A stretch of 64,000 nucleotides of DNA from an uncultured Nitrososphaeraceae archaeon (GTDB taxonomy: Archaea; Thermoproteota; Nitrososphaeria; Nitrososphaerales; Nitrososphaeraceae), in assembly GCA_963837175.1 (NCBI GenBank), contig CAWIMJ010000050.1, forward strand, positions 224,001 through 288,000. The letters run 5' to 3'. Below the pieces are notes generated by a model, which ran no database searches, was not told the origin of the DNA, and saw only the letters and a list, made by a program, of their open reading frames with translations. The position numbers and the translations under genes are program-made. Shown in pieces: positions 54,928 to 64,000 of this stretch. Position 1 is the first letter of the stretch. Every line of letters starts with the position of its first letter.

Positions 54928-55572
54928 TTATTTATGTTTTATACAAAGACAATCATACAATTGCTTAAGGATTCTGGCGGTGGCTCCCCAAATAACCTCG
55001 CTTCGATAAGTGAATTTGTATATATCTTCTAAAGATGAGTCGTGATGGTGGTAGTAGTGGTAATAGTTGTTGTCTTTATCCATCGTTTGGAGAGTCTCTA
55101 GAAGCGGAGCATCAATAATATCTTGTACCTCATCAGTAAGAATAGTTGGAATCAAAGTTCTATCTTGCAAAGTAACAAATGGATATATAATAAAATTAGA
55201 AGTTAAAGTTGTCACTATGGGAAGATGACCAATTAAATCTGACTTTTGAAAATGTAGATTAATTTCTTCTTTTGTTTCTCTGATGGCAGTATCTGCTAAT
55301 GATGCATCTGATGCTTTATCAAAGCTACCACCTGGAAATGATACCTCATTTGCATGAGCAGTTATTGTTGAACTTCGCTTTGTTAAAAGAATACGTGGAA
55401 TCTTAATATTATTAGTCTCATTATTATCATTATTATAATAAATTATTACTAATACAGCTGCAAGACGACGAAAAGAAAAAGAATCTGAGATATCCTTAGG
55501 AGTTGCATTTAATAATTGAAATAGACGCAAGAATAGCTCATTTCTATTTAAGGTATACATGTATACATACAC
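54928..55572 (-). CDS. Nudix CoA pyrophosphatase (NudL/PCD1-like)
   Basis: AAVLV, LLTKRS, HANEVSFPGG, DTAIRETKEE, VIWGATARIL. Confidence 0.9.
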   Translation of the reverse strand: MYVYMYTLNRNELFLRLFQLLNATPKDISDSFSFRRLAAVLVIIYYNNDNNETNNIKIPRILLTKRSSTITAHANEVSFPGGSFDKASDASLADTAIRETKEEINLHFQKSDLIGHLPIVTTLTSNFIIYPFVTLQDRTLIPTILTDEVQDIIDAPLLETLQTMDKDNNYYHYYHHHDSSLEDIYKFTYRSEVIWGATARILKQLYDCLCIKHK

Positions 55573-55852
55573 ATCTGACTATATAGGAAATAAATATAAG
55601 ATAAAATTTGTGTTTGTTTGCTTGTTTTTTATAAAGATAAAATGAAAATGACTTATATTCAGTCATCATTTGCATGTATATATAAATAGAAACATATCAT
55701 ATCATATCATATACAATAATAATACTTCTTTATTTTGTGTAAATACATGAAAAATTAGTAGTTTGTTATTTATTTGTTTTTTTGTCTGTGTGGAAGCTTT
55801 AGCCTCTCATTTAATAAACCCCTATCACAAAGAGAAGCCTTGCAGGTATACT

Positions 55853-56732
55853 ATGAAAATATCATACGAATTAAATCCTCCAAAAATAATGATTGATGAC
55901 GACCATTTTGATGTCATGAGGCTAAATCAAGAATTGCAAATTTTATTGAATCGATCTTCAGAATTAGTGAATCTAGTTAATGGCATTCATTTGACAGATT
56001 CCGTCCTTGGCATACCACGTGTATCTAGTATTACTGCAGCTAGCTACATAAAAAAAAATACAAGAGGAGGAAGAGGTAATAATAATAATAGATTGAAATT
56101 AAGCTGCAGCGTTAGAACAAGAGATAGAAATTTCACATCATTTTGCCAATTTGTTACAGATGCAATTCTTCTTGAAGTCGAAAGCTTACTTATTTTGAGA
56201 GGAGACGAACAAGCAGCAGCAAAATCAACTGCAGAAGGACTAGAAGGAGAAGGCAGGAGCAGGAACAGGAGAAAGAAGAAGAAGCAGAATAAGAGAAGAT
56301 GCCGGGCAAAAAAGTTCAGGACTTAAACCTACATCAATATTGTCTATCTTAAATGACAAGAAGTATGATAAATCAATTCATTTGAATTTATCTGTCCCAA
56401 GCAAGATCCTCTCCAACAACAGATCGTTATTTGAAAAGAAAATTGAAGCTAAACCATATTCTGTGGTAACACAGTTAATCTCGTCTCTTTCAGACCTAGG
56501 TGAGATAGTAGATATTGTAAAATCCTTTAAAATCAAAGTAGTGGCATGTGTGATGTTGCCTTCAGATAAGAACAGGCGATCGGCAGATATAATTGGATTA
56601 GATTGGAAGGAATACGAAAAAAATCCTGTTGATTTTATAAAGGCTGCAAGTACTCTAGCAGATGAAGTTCTTATTTCCTCTCCTAATAGTTTTAGAATGG
56701 GAATAGATCTGCTTAGAAGCCTAAGACAATAG
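55853..56732 (+). CDS. MetF/MTHFR-fold protein with low-complexity insert and frameshift
   Basis: ISYELNPPK, IHLTDSVLGIPRVS, CSVRTRDRN, LILRGD; resumes in another frame as SGLKPTSILSIL...KKIEAKPYSVVTQ. Confidence 0.65.
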
Positions 56733-57113
56733 ACTAAGTAAAAACCACCGCTTATTGTTCTAATATAATATATATAATATTAATATTATAGCGTACAAGA
56801 ACAAAAATGATTGTAGCCATTTGCAATTATTCACGCAACAATTTGGACTTCTGTTAATACCAGAATTATATGGTAACACTACTCTCAATAGCACAATAGA
56901 ATAATAATGAGAAGATGGTATTCTAGTACTACTACCTTAATATTTTCTATAATAGAAATTCCAACTTTCTCAAATTTTTGGAGTCGGTAATTTGCTAATA
57001 ATTCTAAAAAACGATCTGATCAGTTTTATAGTGTCGCTTTGTGTCTTAAGGTGGATTTGAATAAGAATCAAAGAATTATTGCAACGTAATTGATTCTCTT
57101 GTTCTTATCAGAA

Positions 57114-57401
57114 CTAAAATACATCCTCGCTCCGTATGGTACCGTTTTCCATCACGCTCATCGTACTGTTTTCAACTACATTCGTACCATCACCTAATAT
57201 CATTCCTGAACCATTTGCAATCGATATTGTTGTGCCATTATTCATCTCCATCTCAACTAAATCTTCCCCTTCTTCTTGTGCTAGTATGATAGGTATAAAT
57301 GGAATATTGAGGGCAATAGTTATAGATGTTAAAGATAACGTCAAAATAGACAGCCAAAAGAGTATTGAGCGTATCGTGTGTTCTTTGTTATTCATAAACA
57401 C
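57114..57401 (-). CDS. Small secreted acidic protein
   Basis: Signal/TM segment ending ILAQ; repeated NGT/NST motifs. Confidence 0.55.
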   Translation of the reverse strand: MFMNNKEHTIRSILFWLSILTLSLTSITIALNIPFIPIILAQEEGEDLVEMEMNNGTTISIANGSGMILGDGTNVVENSTMSVMENGTIRSEDVF

Positions 57402-57610
57402 AGCAAAGGCTTACTAGAAATTTATGCTTTTGTATGTCGGATCAAATGCAATCTTCATTTTTGCAATCCATTTGTTGAGTTGTGATTTACTTGTAGATAA
57501 GGCTCACGAAACCAGAAATTAAGTTCCCTCGAAATTTATCCTCCATTTAATAAGGAAATGAGGAGAGCAAGAATATTAATTAAACAATATCTTTTTCTAT
57601 ATAATCAAAA

Positions 57611-58402
57611 TCAAAATCTGTCCTCCAGTTTTCGAGCTGCAATTATTTCTGACTTGAGTTCATCTAAGACTTGTCGTTGATATTGATGTAAATTACTATC
57701 TTCACTTAATCTAGGTCTTCTATAATCAACTTTGATCTCTTTCTTCACTTTACCTGGTCTACTCGAAAATACTACAATCTTATCACCTAGACAAACTGAT
57801 TCAGTTATATTATGACTAACGAATGCAATTGTTTTTCTTGTTCTGGCCCATATCAATTGTAATTCTACGAGCAGCAAATCTCTCGTTTGAGAATCCAATG
57901 CGGCAAAAGGTTCATCCATTAGCAATACCTCAGGGTCCATAACAAGAGCTCGTGCTATTGCAACTCTCTGCTTCATACCACCAGATAATTGATATGTAAA
58001 AGCTTCTGAAAATCTTGTCAATTGCATCATATCGAGGTAATGAATAGCTATTGTGTGTCTTTTTTCTTTTTGAATTCCTGCCATCTTCAAACCAAATTCT
58101 ATATTATCAATTACTTTAAGCCAAGGGAATAATGCATTTTCCTGAAAAACCATAATTCTATCAGGTCCCGTTTGACTGACCGGCTGCCCATTTAATATTA
58201 TCTCACCTTCGGTAGGTTTATCCAAACCGGCTAGTATATTCAGTAGAGTTGATTTACCGCATCCAGAAGGACCAACAAAACAAACAAATTCGCCTTCTTC
58301 GATGGACAAATTTATATTCTCTATTGCATTAAAGGAAATGGTATCATTTTCGTGTTTTGCTTTAAAGCTTTTTGTGATATTTTTAACTTCGAGTTTGGTC
58401 AA
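57611..58402 (-). CDS. ABC transporter ATP-binding protein (nitrate/sulfonate/bicarbonate family)
   Basis: GPSGCGKST, VFQENALFPW, LSGGMKQR, LLMDEPFAALD. Confidence 0.93.
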   Translation of the reverse strand: MTKLEVKNITKSFKAKHENDTISFNAIENINLSIEEGEFVCFVGPSGCGKSTLLNILAGLDKPTEGEIILNGQPVSQTGPDRIMVFQENALFPWLKVIDNIEFGLKMAGIQKEKRHTIAIHYLDMMQLTRFSEAFTYQLSGGMKQRVAIARALVMDPEVLLMDEPFAALDSQTRDLLLVELQLIWARTRKTIAFVSHNITESVCLGDKIVVFSSRPGKVKKEIKVDYRRPRLSEDSNLHQYQRQVLDELKSEIIAARKLEDRF

Positions 58403-58729
58403 CTTGTATTACTCTCATAAAGGAGGTTGTTAAAGTATGATATCCTTGAATTTATCTATTTTTATAACAAACTACATCATAGAATCAGTCTGCTTTAGCT
58501 CATTATTGGTTACACTTAACATGTGAACTAAATTAGAATAGATGCCTGATGTATGATATAAGCAATGGCTATTCTTGATAATGATAAAATTCTCTAAATT
58601 TTAATTGAATTTAATAGAGATACCTAAAACCCAATTATAAATTAAGTCTCTCAAAATCAACTCGACTATATTTGACATAATTTTGTCTGATTTGAATTGA
58701 CACATAAGAACTAATATACATAGAGATTA

Positions 58730-59914
58730 CTATCTTCGGAGAACATCTAATATCTCGTTTATCCTAGCGTTAGTTTTAAATGCCGAAGGGTTGAAACTTG
58801 TTTTAGAAGCTCTATAACCAGCTGATGATAGTTTATCTACGACAGTTTGTAACGGATATGGATTTATTCTCAACTTGGAAGCAATATCATCACCTCGAAA
58901 GTAATAAGGAATATCATCGAGTTCATCCAGACAGATCGAGAATAACTTCTGACAACGATCCATCTCCTTCATTGCTTGAATACCGTCGTTCACGGACTGA
59001 TGAGTAACAGATTTGCCTATGAATTCTTTATCGAATAATTTGTTAATCCACAACTGACCAGCGATACTAAAATTATTACCGCAGATTTCACAAACTTCTG
59101 ACATGTCGTGTCTTTTTACAACGTTTCTATTTCCGCATTTAAAACAGTGTCGTAAATATCCAATATTATCATATACCTTGTTTGCCTTACTACTGCTTAC
59201 CAAGACTCTGACATAGATTCTCAAGTAATGTAAATTAGCATGAACAAATATTGGCTCAATAGCAAGATCCAATCTTGAGGCGGTTAATGCAATTAAAGAG
59301 ATAACAAGACGAAGAGCTATTTCATTAGTATAATGCGTATTGAGAGATCTTCCATAATATCTACGATGACAAATAACCGGATACACGCCACACAGGACTG
59401 TTGTGTCTGTTGCAGTGATGGAAATCAATCCACCATCAAGGATCGATCTTAGGACACAATCTACGAAAGGCGCCGGTGTTCCGAAAGGGTCGAGATCAAT
59501 TATGTCAAACCTTTCTCCAGTTAATGTTGAATGTTCTGTTAGAAATTTACAAACCTCATTAATAGAGTAGTAACACTTTTCTGTAACTTGATTTAACTCT
59601 GCAGCCTTTTTTGCTGCCTCAATTGCTATAAAGTTAGTGTCATTAAGATATATATTTTCTATCCCAGGCACTTCAACTGCTACTCTCAATGCTCTTGCTC
59701 CTATACCACTGAAGGCATCTGCAAATGATTTAGCATGTTCTTTGCTTCCTGAAATGAAGGTTCTATAGATTAATACGGATATGTCTCTGTTCAACTTAGC
59801 AGCAGGATTAAAAAAAGCTGGCGTCTTTGGTGGAGTCTTCTTGTTTAAAGATGCAGCTGGAACTAACAATCTAGTATTTCCCTCAACACTTTCCAGGAAT
59901 TCTTGGCTAATCAT
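58730..59914 (-). CDS. trm1: tRNA (guanine26-N2)-dimethyltransferase
   Basis: FFNPAAKLNRD, SGIGARALR, IDLDPFGTP, TATD; probable ATG at 59914. Confidence 0.94.
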   Translation of the reverse strand: MISQEFLESVEGNTRLLVPAASLNKKTPPKTPAFFNPAAKLNRDISVLIYRTFISGSKEHAKSFADAFSGIGARALRVAVEVPGIENIYLNDTNFIAIEAAKKAAELNQVTEKCYYSINEVCKFLTEHSTLTGERFDIIDLDPFGTPAPFVDCVLRSILDGGLISITATDTTVLCGVYPVICHRRYYGRSLNTHYTNEIALRLVISLIALTASRLDLAIEPIFVHANLHYLRIYVRVLVSSSKANKVYDNIGYLRHCFKCGNRNVVKRHDMSEVCEICGNNFSIAGQLWINKLFDKEFIGKSVTHQSVNDGIQAMKEMDRCQKLFSICLDELDDIPYYFRGDDIASKLRINPYPLQTVVDKLSSAGYRASKTSFNPSAFKTNARINEILDVLRR

Positions 59915-60032
59915 AAAAATAAACTGTTCTTTATATATAGAAGAATAGATTGGATAATAAGAATTATTAGCATTATGTCGCAAACATAAAATATAGATTA
60001 CAAGTCATATCTAGTGAAAGGATCAAATATTA

Positions 60033-60707
60033 TTGCAGTGCTCTAAAGATATTCTAATAGGAGGTGTTGATGAAGCAGGACGTGGTTCCATTATCGGTCC
60101 ATTGATAATAGCAGGAATATCTGTCAGAGATTCAAAGATGTCTGAATTGTCTAAAATCGGCGTTAAAGATTCCAAAAAGCTAACAAAAAAATTACGCGCA
60201 AATATGTTTTTTAGCATAGTAGATTTGGCAGATTCTCTTTGTATATACAAAATTGACTGCGATGAAATAGATGATAATGTTTTTTTGAATAAACTTAACA
60301 AGTTGGAAGCTGAAGCAATGGCTGCAGTTATTAATAATCTTCATGTCGATGAAGTCTATATCGATTCCTGTGATGTTAATCAGGAACGATACAAAGAATG
60401 CGTAAAATGTGGTGTAGTTTCATACAATACAAAACTATATTCTATGCACCATGCTGATCGATTGAATTTAGTAGTATCTGCGGCATCAATTATTGCAAAA
60501 ATAGTAAGGGATAATGAGATTCAGGCAATTAGAAGAATACATCACACCATAGGAAGTGGATATCCTTCAGATGAGAAAACAATGTATTTTATTCGAGAAT
60601 GGGTAAAGAAATATAAAAATGCACCAAGCTTTGCAAGGAAATCTTGGAGACCATTAAGGATGATGCTTTATCAAAAATCTTCAGACAAACTGACTTACTT
60701 TGGATAG
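60033..60707 (+). CDS. rnhB: Ribonuclease HII
   Basis: GVDEAGRG, VKDSKKL, YIDS, VSAASIIAK, GSGYPSD. Confidence 0.95.
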   Translation: MQCSKDILIGGVDEAGRGSIIGPLIIAGISVRDSKMSELSKIGVKDSKKLTKKLRANMFFSIVDLADSLCIYKIDCDEIDDNVFLNKLNKLEAEAMAAVINNLHVDEVYIDSCDVNQERYKECVKCGVVSYNTKLYSMHHADRLNLVVSAASIIAKIVRDNEIQAIRRIHHTIGSGYPSDEKTMYFIREWVKKYKNAPSFARKSWRPLRMMLYQKSSDKLTYFG

Positions 60708-61423
60708 TAAATGGCATAGACTAAGGCATGATCCTTATCAAATGGTTCCAGATCTATTATCTGTTCAATTCGAAATCCTGTTCTTTCTATTTTTTTTGCT
60801 TCTTGTGTTACAACCGATTTGGGATCCATCGTTACGTCGATGCTGCGTGTTTTAATGACTATCAGCATTGCACCTTTTGGTTTTAGATAGATAAGACAAT
60901 TTCCTATGGCAATTTCAGTTTGATCAGGCTGGGCTATATCCGAGTATACTACATCTACCTTACCAAAAATTGAAAAATACGCTTTGGGTTTTCTTGCGTC
61001 TTCTAGAATAGGAATAACATTTCTTCTTTTTGAGGCGACGTTTTCAATTAGTTCTCTTGCCACTCGCACAGCAGGTTCAACTGCAAATACAATTCCTTTG
61101 AATCCTACAATATCAGAAATGTGGCTGACCGTAGTACCAGTAGAAGCCCCTAAATACAATACCTTTGTACCATTCATTAGAGGCAATTGTTTTAATCCCT
61201 TTTTCAAAGCTCCGGCAAGCTTGCTCCTGAAAGGATCCCATATTCGATATTCCTCTCCATTATATTTGACTAGTTTTTCTCCGTAAACATTGTTTCCTTT
61301 AATAAGGTTTAATGTTGAGATGTGTTTCTCTCCAGAAACTTTGATCCATTCTATTAAAGAAATATGAGAATGATCTTTAGCAATCGAAACGTCATTATTA
61401 TTATTAGTCATAGTTATGATCAT
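60695..61423 (-). CDS. flpA: Fibrillarin
   Basis: VYGEK, YRIWDPFRSKLA, VLYLGASTGTTVSH, DIAQPDQ. Confidence 0.96.
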   Translation of the reverse strand: MIITMTNNNNDVSIAKDHSHISLIEWIKVSGEKHISTLNLIKGNNVYGEKLVKYNGEEYRIWDPFRSKLAGALKKGLKQLPLMNGTKVLYLGASTGTTVSHISDIVGFKGIVFAVEPAVRVARELIENVASKRRNVIPILEDARKPKAYFSIFGKVDVVYSDIAQPDQTEIAIGNCLIYLKPKGAMLIVIKTRSIDVTMDPKSVVTQEAKKIERTGFRIEQIIDLEPFDKDHALVYAIYYPK

Positions 61424-61522
61424 CTTCTCTTACTATATTACTTGTACTTTCTGACATCTGATTCTCAAAGCACAAGAAAGATACAGAAAAAATGACGGCT
61501 CTCCTATCTTGAAATAATCAGT

Positions 61523-62798
61523 TTAATATCTTCGCTTTGCAAATCTCCTTCGATCATTCTTTCTAGGTTTATTTTTATTATATCTGTCTTTTTTAACAAA
61601 AGAAAATTGATGCTGTCGTTGTTGATGTTCTCTATATTTTCTGTCCCTTTTATTCTCTGGCACTGGTTCCTTATACTTTTGTTGAATCTCTTCAATTCGC
61701 CTCTTTAACTTTTCAGAGACTGAGGAATCTTTTCCACTGTGACGATATAGATCTATCCTTGCCGCTATTGCAACTTTAGAGGCTATAGCTCTTGCGATCT
61801 TACCACGCTGCCACCGCGGCGAAGAATGAATTAGAGGATGTTGGAATAATATACCATGTTTAGGAGGACGCGCACCTGTCTTCAATGACCTAAACAACGC
61901 CTTTTCGGCGCCTAAGACTTGAATGGTCACTGGAAGGTAGAAATGCTAACTTGTTTAAACTTCCTGCCTTTGCAATAATCCGAGCTCCCACGGTGGCGGT
62001 AAGCAAATCCTTAACATTGGGAGCAATATTATCCATCGAGACTTCAATGTGTTCTGATAATATTCTACGTAATTCTGACAGAGAAATGACTTCCTCAGCT
62101 AGCTTCCTTACTATCACGAGATTTTCCGGAGCTATATCTCCACCCTTACTTCGCTTAGCAGCGTCTATTATTATCTCACTCTTTTTGTTCTGTACGCCCG
62201 CATTTTCCAAAATCTCTTCAGTTAGATTTGCACGAACACCACTTCTGCTTACTATTTCTGCAAATGCTGTGAGGCTTTGGATTAAATTATCTAGCTCTGG
62301 AAAATGAAGCCCATACCATTCACGCATTCTAGCACCAATAGTATTAGTTATTTTATCCAATTCATCCAATGCATTGATTGATTGAATAATATGAAGATCA
62401 AGTCTTTCGGATGTTTCTTTTACCCTACTTGATGATAACTCGATAGCAAAATTTCTCAATAACTCCATTGCCTGTGTTTCGTTGTCTGCGAATTTTGAAG
62501 ATACCAACAGGACAGGTTTGGTGTTCTGAAATTCGTCTTGTTTTTCTTGCGGCATTATATGGCTATTCAATCCCGCCTGTCTGAAATGAAAAGCTAAACT
62601 AGGTTCGTTAACTAATATATCATTATAAGAATTCAATATATCAATAATCTGAGTAATTTCGGGAAGTTTGCTTCCACCCTTCACTAAACGAAAGGAATTT
62701 ACAGGATTGTCAAATTTAACTGATTTTATTAGATTATTCTTGTCATCAAAGACTGCTAGTCCTAATTCCATTAAAACAACAAAGCAATACTTAGCCAT
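61523..62798 (-). CDS. nop5: Nop5 (Nop56/58) C/D RNP protein, split by a 1-bp frameshift at ~61930
   Basis: [15 protein letters not shown]; LPSS-(extra G)[13 protein letters not shown], [10 protein letters not shown]. Confidence 0.92.
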
Positions 62799-63558
62799 TA
62801 TGCAACTGTTTCTTAGATATAGCCATTAAAAAAGATACCATTAACTAGTATTTGTAAATCAAATCCTCAGTCCTCAATCCGCCTCTGCTTCCAAACAAAT
62901 TTATTAAAAGAAATAAAGCCATTTGTGATTTATCTTAAAAAGAAAAGAACATTTGAAATCATAAATGTTATACAACCTATTTAAGAATATTCGGCCAATT
63001 CTATTACATAAATTATGGATATAAAAGGAGATTAACGATATTTGAATTGATATTCTTTAAGAATGAAAATACACTGTTTGTAACCATGAGATTATCAAAA
63101 TCACGATTCACCGGTCCAAGTCATTTACCCAAGCAAGTCTTAATATGATCTACCTCACTTTATGTGCTTTCTGTTAAACGATTCCAAAAAACAAAGGTAT
63201 ATTTATTGTAGTCTAACGCATTGGATTATATTCGATGAAATTCCTTTAATCTTACCTACCAAGCTTTGTAATATAACTCTGTCATCTTAGATTTTTGATT
63301 CTTTCAGTTTTTAGAGATTGCTGCAACATATTATTGGCAATCATCCCAAAAAATATTGTATACCACTACAAATTTTCTTGACTGGTTAACATAATTTTCT
63401 CTAATTTATCTGGTCAGATAAAGATAGTAAGATTTGTTATTGTCGATCTATATTATAGTATTTTGTAACTTTATCAAGATATATTCATGAATATATCATA
63501 TTTTCTAGCTAGGCAAAAAATTAAAGTGATAGTGTCTTATAAATAATCTTACAATTTC

Positions 63559-64000
63559 TTAGGTATTACTTGTCGCCGCTGCTCTGGCAATTACTTCAGA
63601 AAGAGCTGGATGTATATGAATAGTTTTTGTTATATTCTGAACCGTACCGTCTCCAGCTTTCATTGCTACCAAAACTTCATGAATCAGAGTGGATGCATCA
63701 GTTCCAATAATATGGCATCCAAGAATCTTTTTATCATTACTACTTACAAGAAACTTTACAAAACCATCTCTGTCTTGTATTGCTTCCCCCATCCCTGTCA
63801 TTATATATGGATAAATTGACTTCTGATAGTCTATCCCTTTTAAACTCAATTGCTGTTCAGTAAACCCCACGCCAGCGACTTGAGGTGAACTAAATATTGC
63901 GTGCGGCATAGCGGTATAGTCAACAGGAACCTTTTTCGTGTCAGGGACTAGCATATTGTGATAAGCATATCGAGCCTCGTTATTGGCATTATGCTTGAAT
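63559..64000 (-). CDS. Pyridine nucleotide-disulfide oxidoreductase (dihydrolipoamide dehydrogenase family), C-terminal part
   Basis: FKHNANNEA..PHAIFSSPQVAGVG...ILGCHIIG...HIHPALSE. Confidence 0.88.
   Translation of the reverse strand, partial: FKHNANNEARYAYHNMLVPDTKKVPVDYTAMPHAIFSSPQVAGVGFTEQQLSLKGIDYQKSIYPYIMTGMGEAIQDRDGFVKFLVSSNDKKILGCHIIGTDASTLIHEVLVAMKAGDGTVQNITKTIHIHPALSEVIARAAATSNT

Noticed and set aside
61920-61940. Programmed frameshift in nop5
   Set aside because: No slippery site or stimulatory structure, and similar isolated indels occur in unrelated genes; assembly error is more likely.
1-64000. CRISPR array, tRNA, rRNA, integrase or prophage
   Set aside because: No repeat-spacer periodicity, cloverleaf, rRNA or viral hallmark genes seen by eye; not computationally excluded.

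Overview
AT-rich archaeal chromosomal window, most consistent with a soil ammonia-oxidising archaeon (Nitrososphaerota, Nitrososphaeraceae-like). The assignment is inferred from gene content: rpl10e, rps17e, aEF-1beta, Cdc48, Rpo12, Cgi121/Sua5, Trm1, fibrillarin/Nop5, cofC-cofD, a cupredoxin, a Vgb-like propeller, P-II and 3-hydroxyacyl-CoA dehydrogenase. Housekeeping genes are separated by long AT-rich spacers containing gene relics. There are five IS6-family copies: three full length with TIRs and 8-bp TSDs, and two relics; none has an intact transposase. An RNase P RNA gene lies at ~43.4-43.7 kb (minus). Several small real genes are missing from the ORF track: Rpo12, a Zn-ribbon protein and a possible 30-aa acidic microprotein. 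Five otherwise intact genes, including essential nop5, carry single-base frameshifts, which most likely reflect assembly indels. The best system-level lead is the Cdc48 - JAMM protease - TatD - S17e - ubiquitin-like protein (ending GG-I) - Cgi121 >< THUMP - Sua5 neighbourhood. No CRISPR, tRNA, rRNA or prophage was seen.
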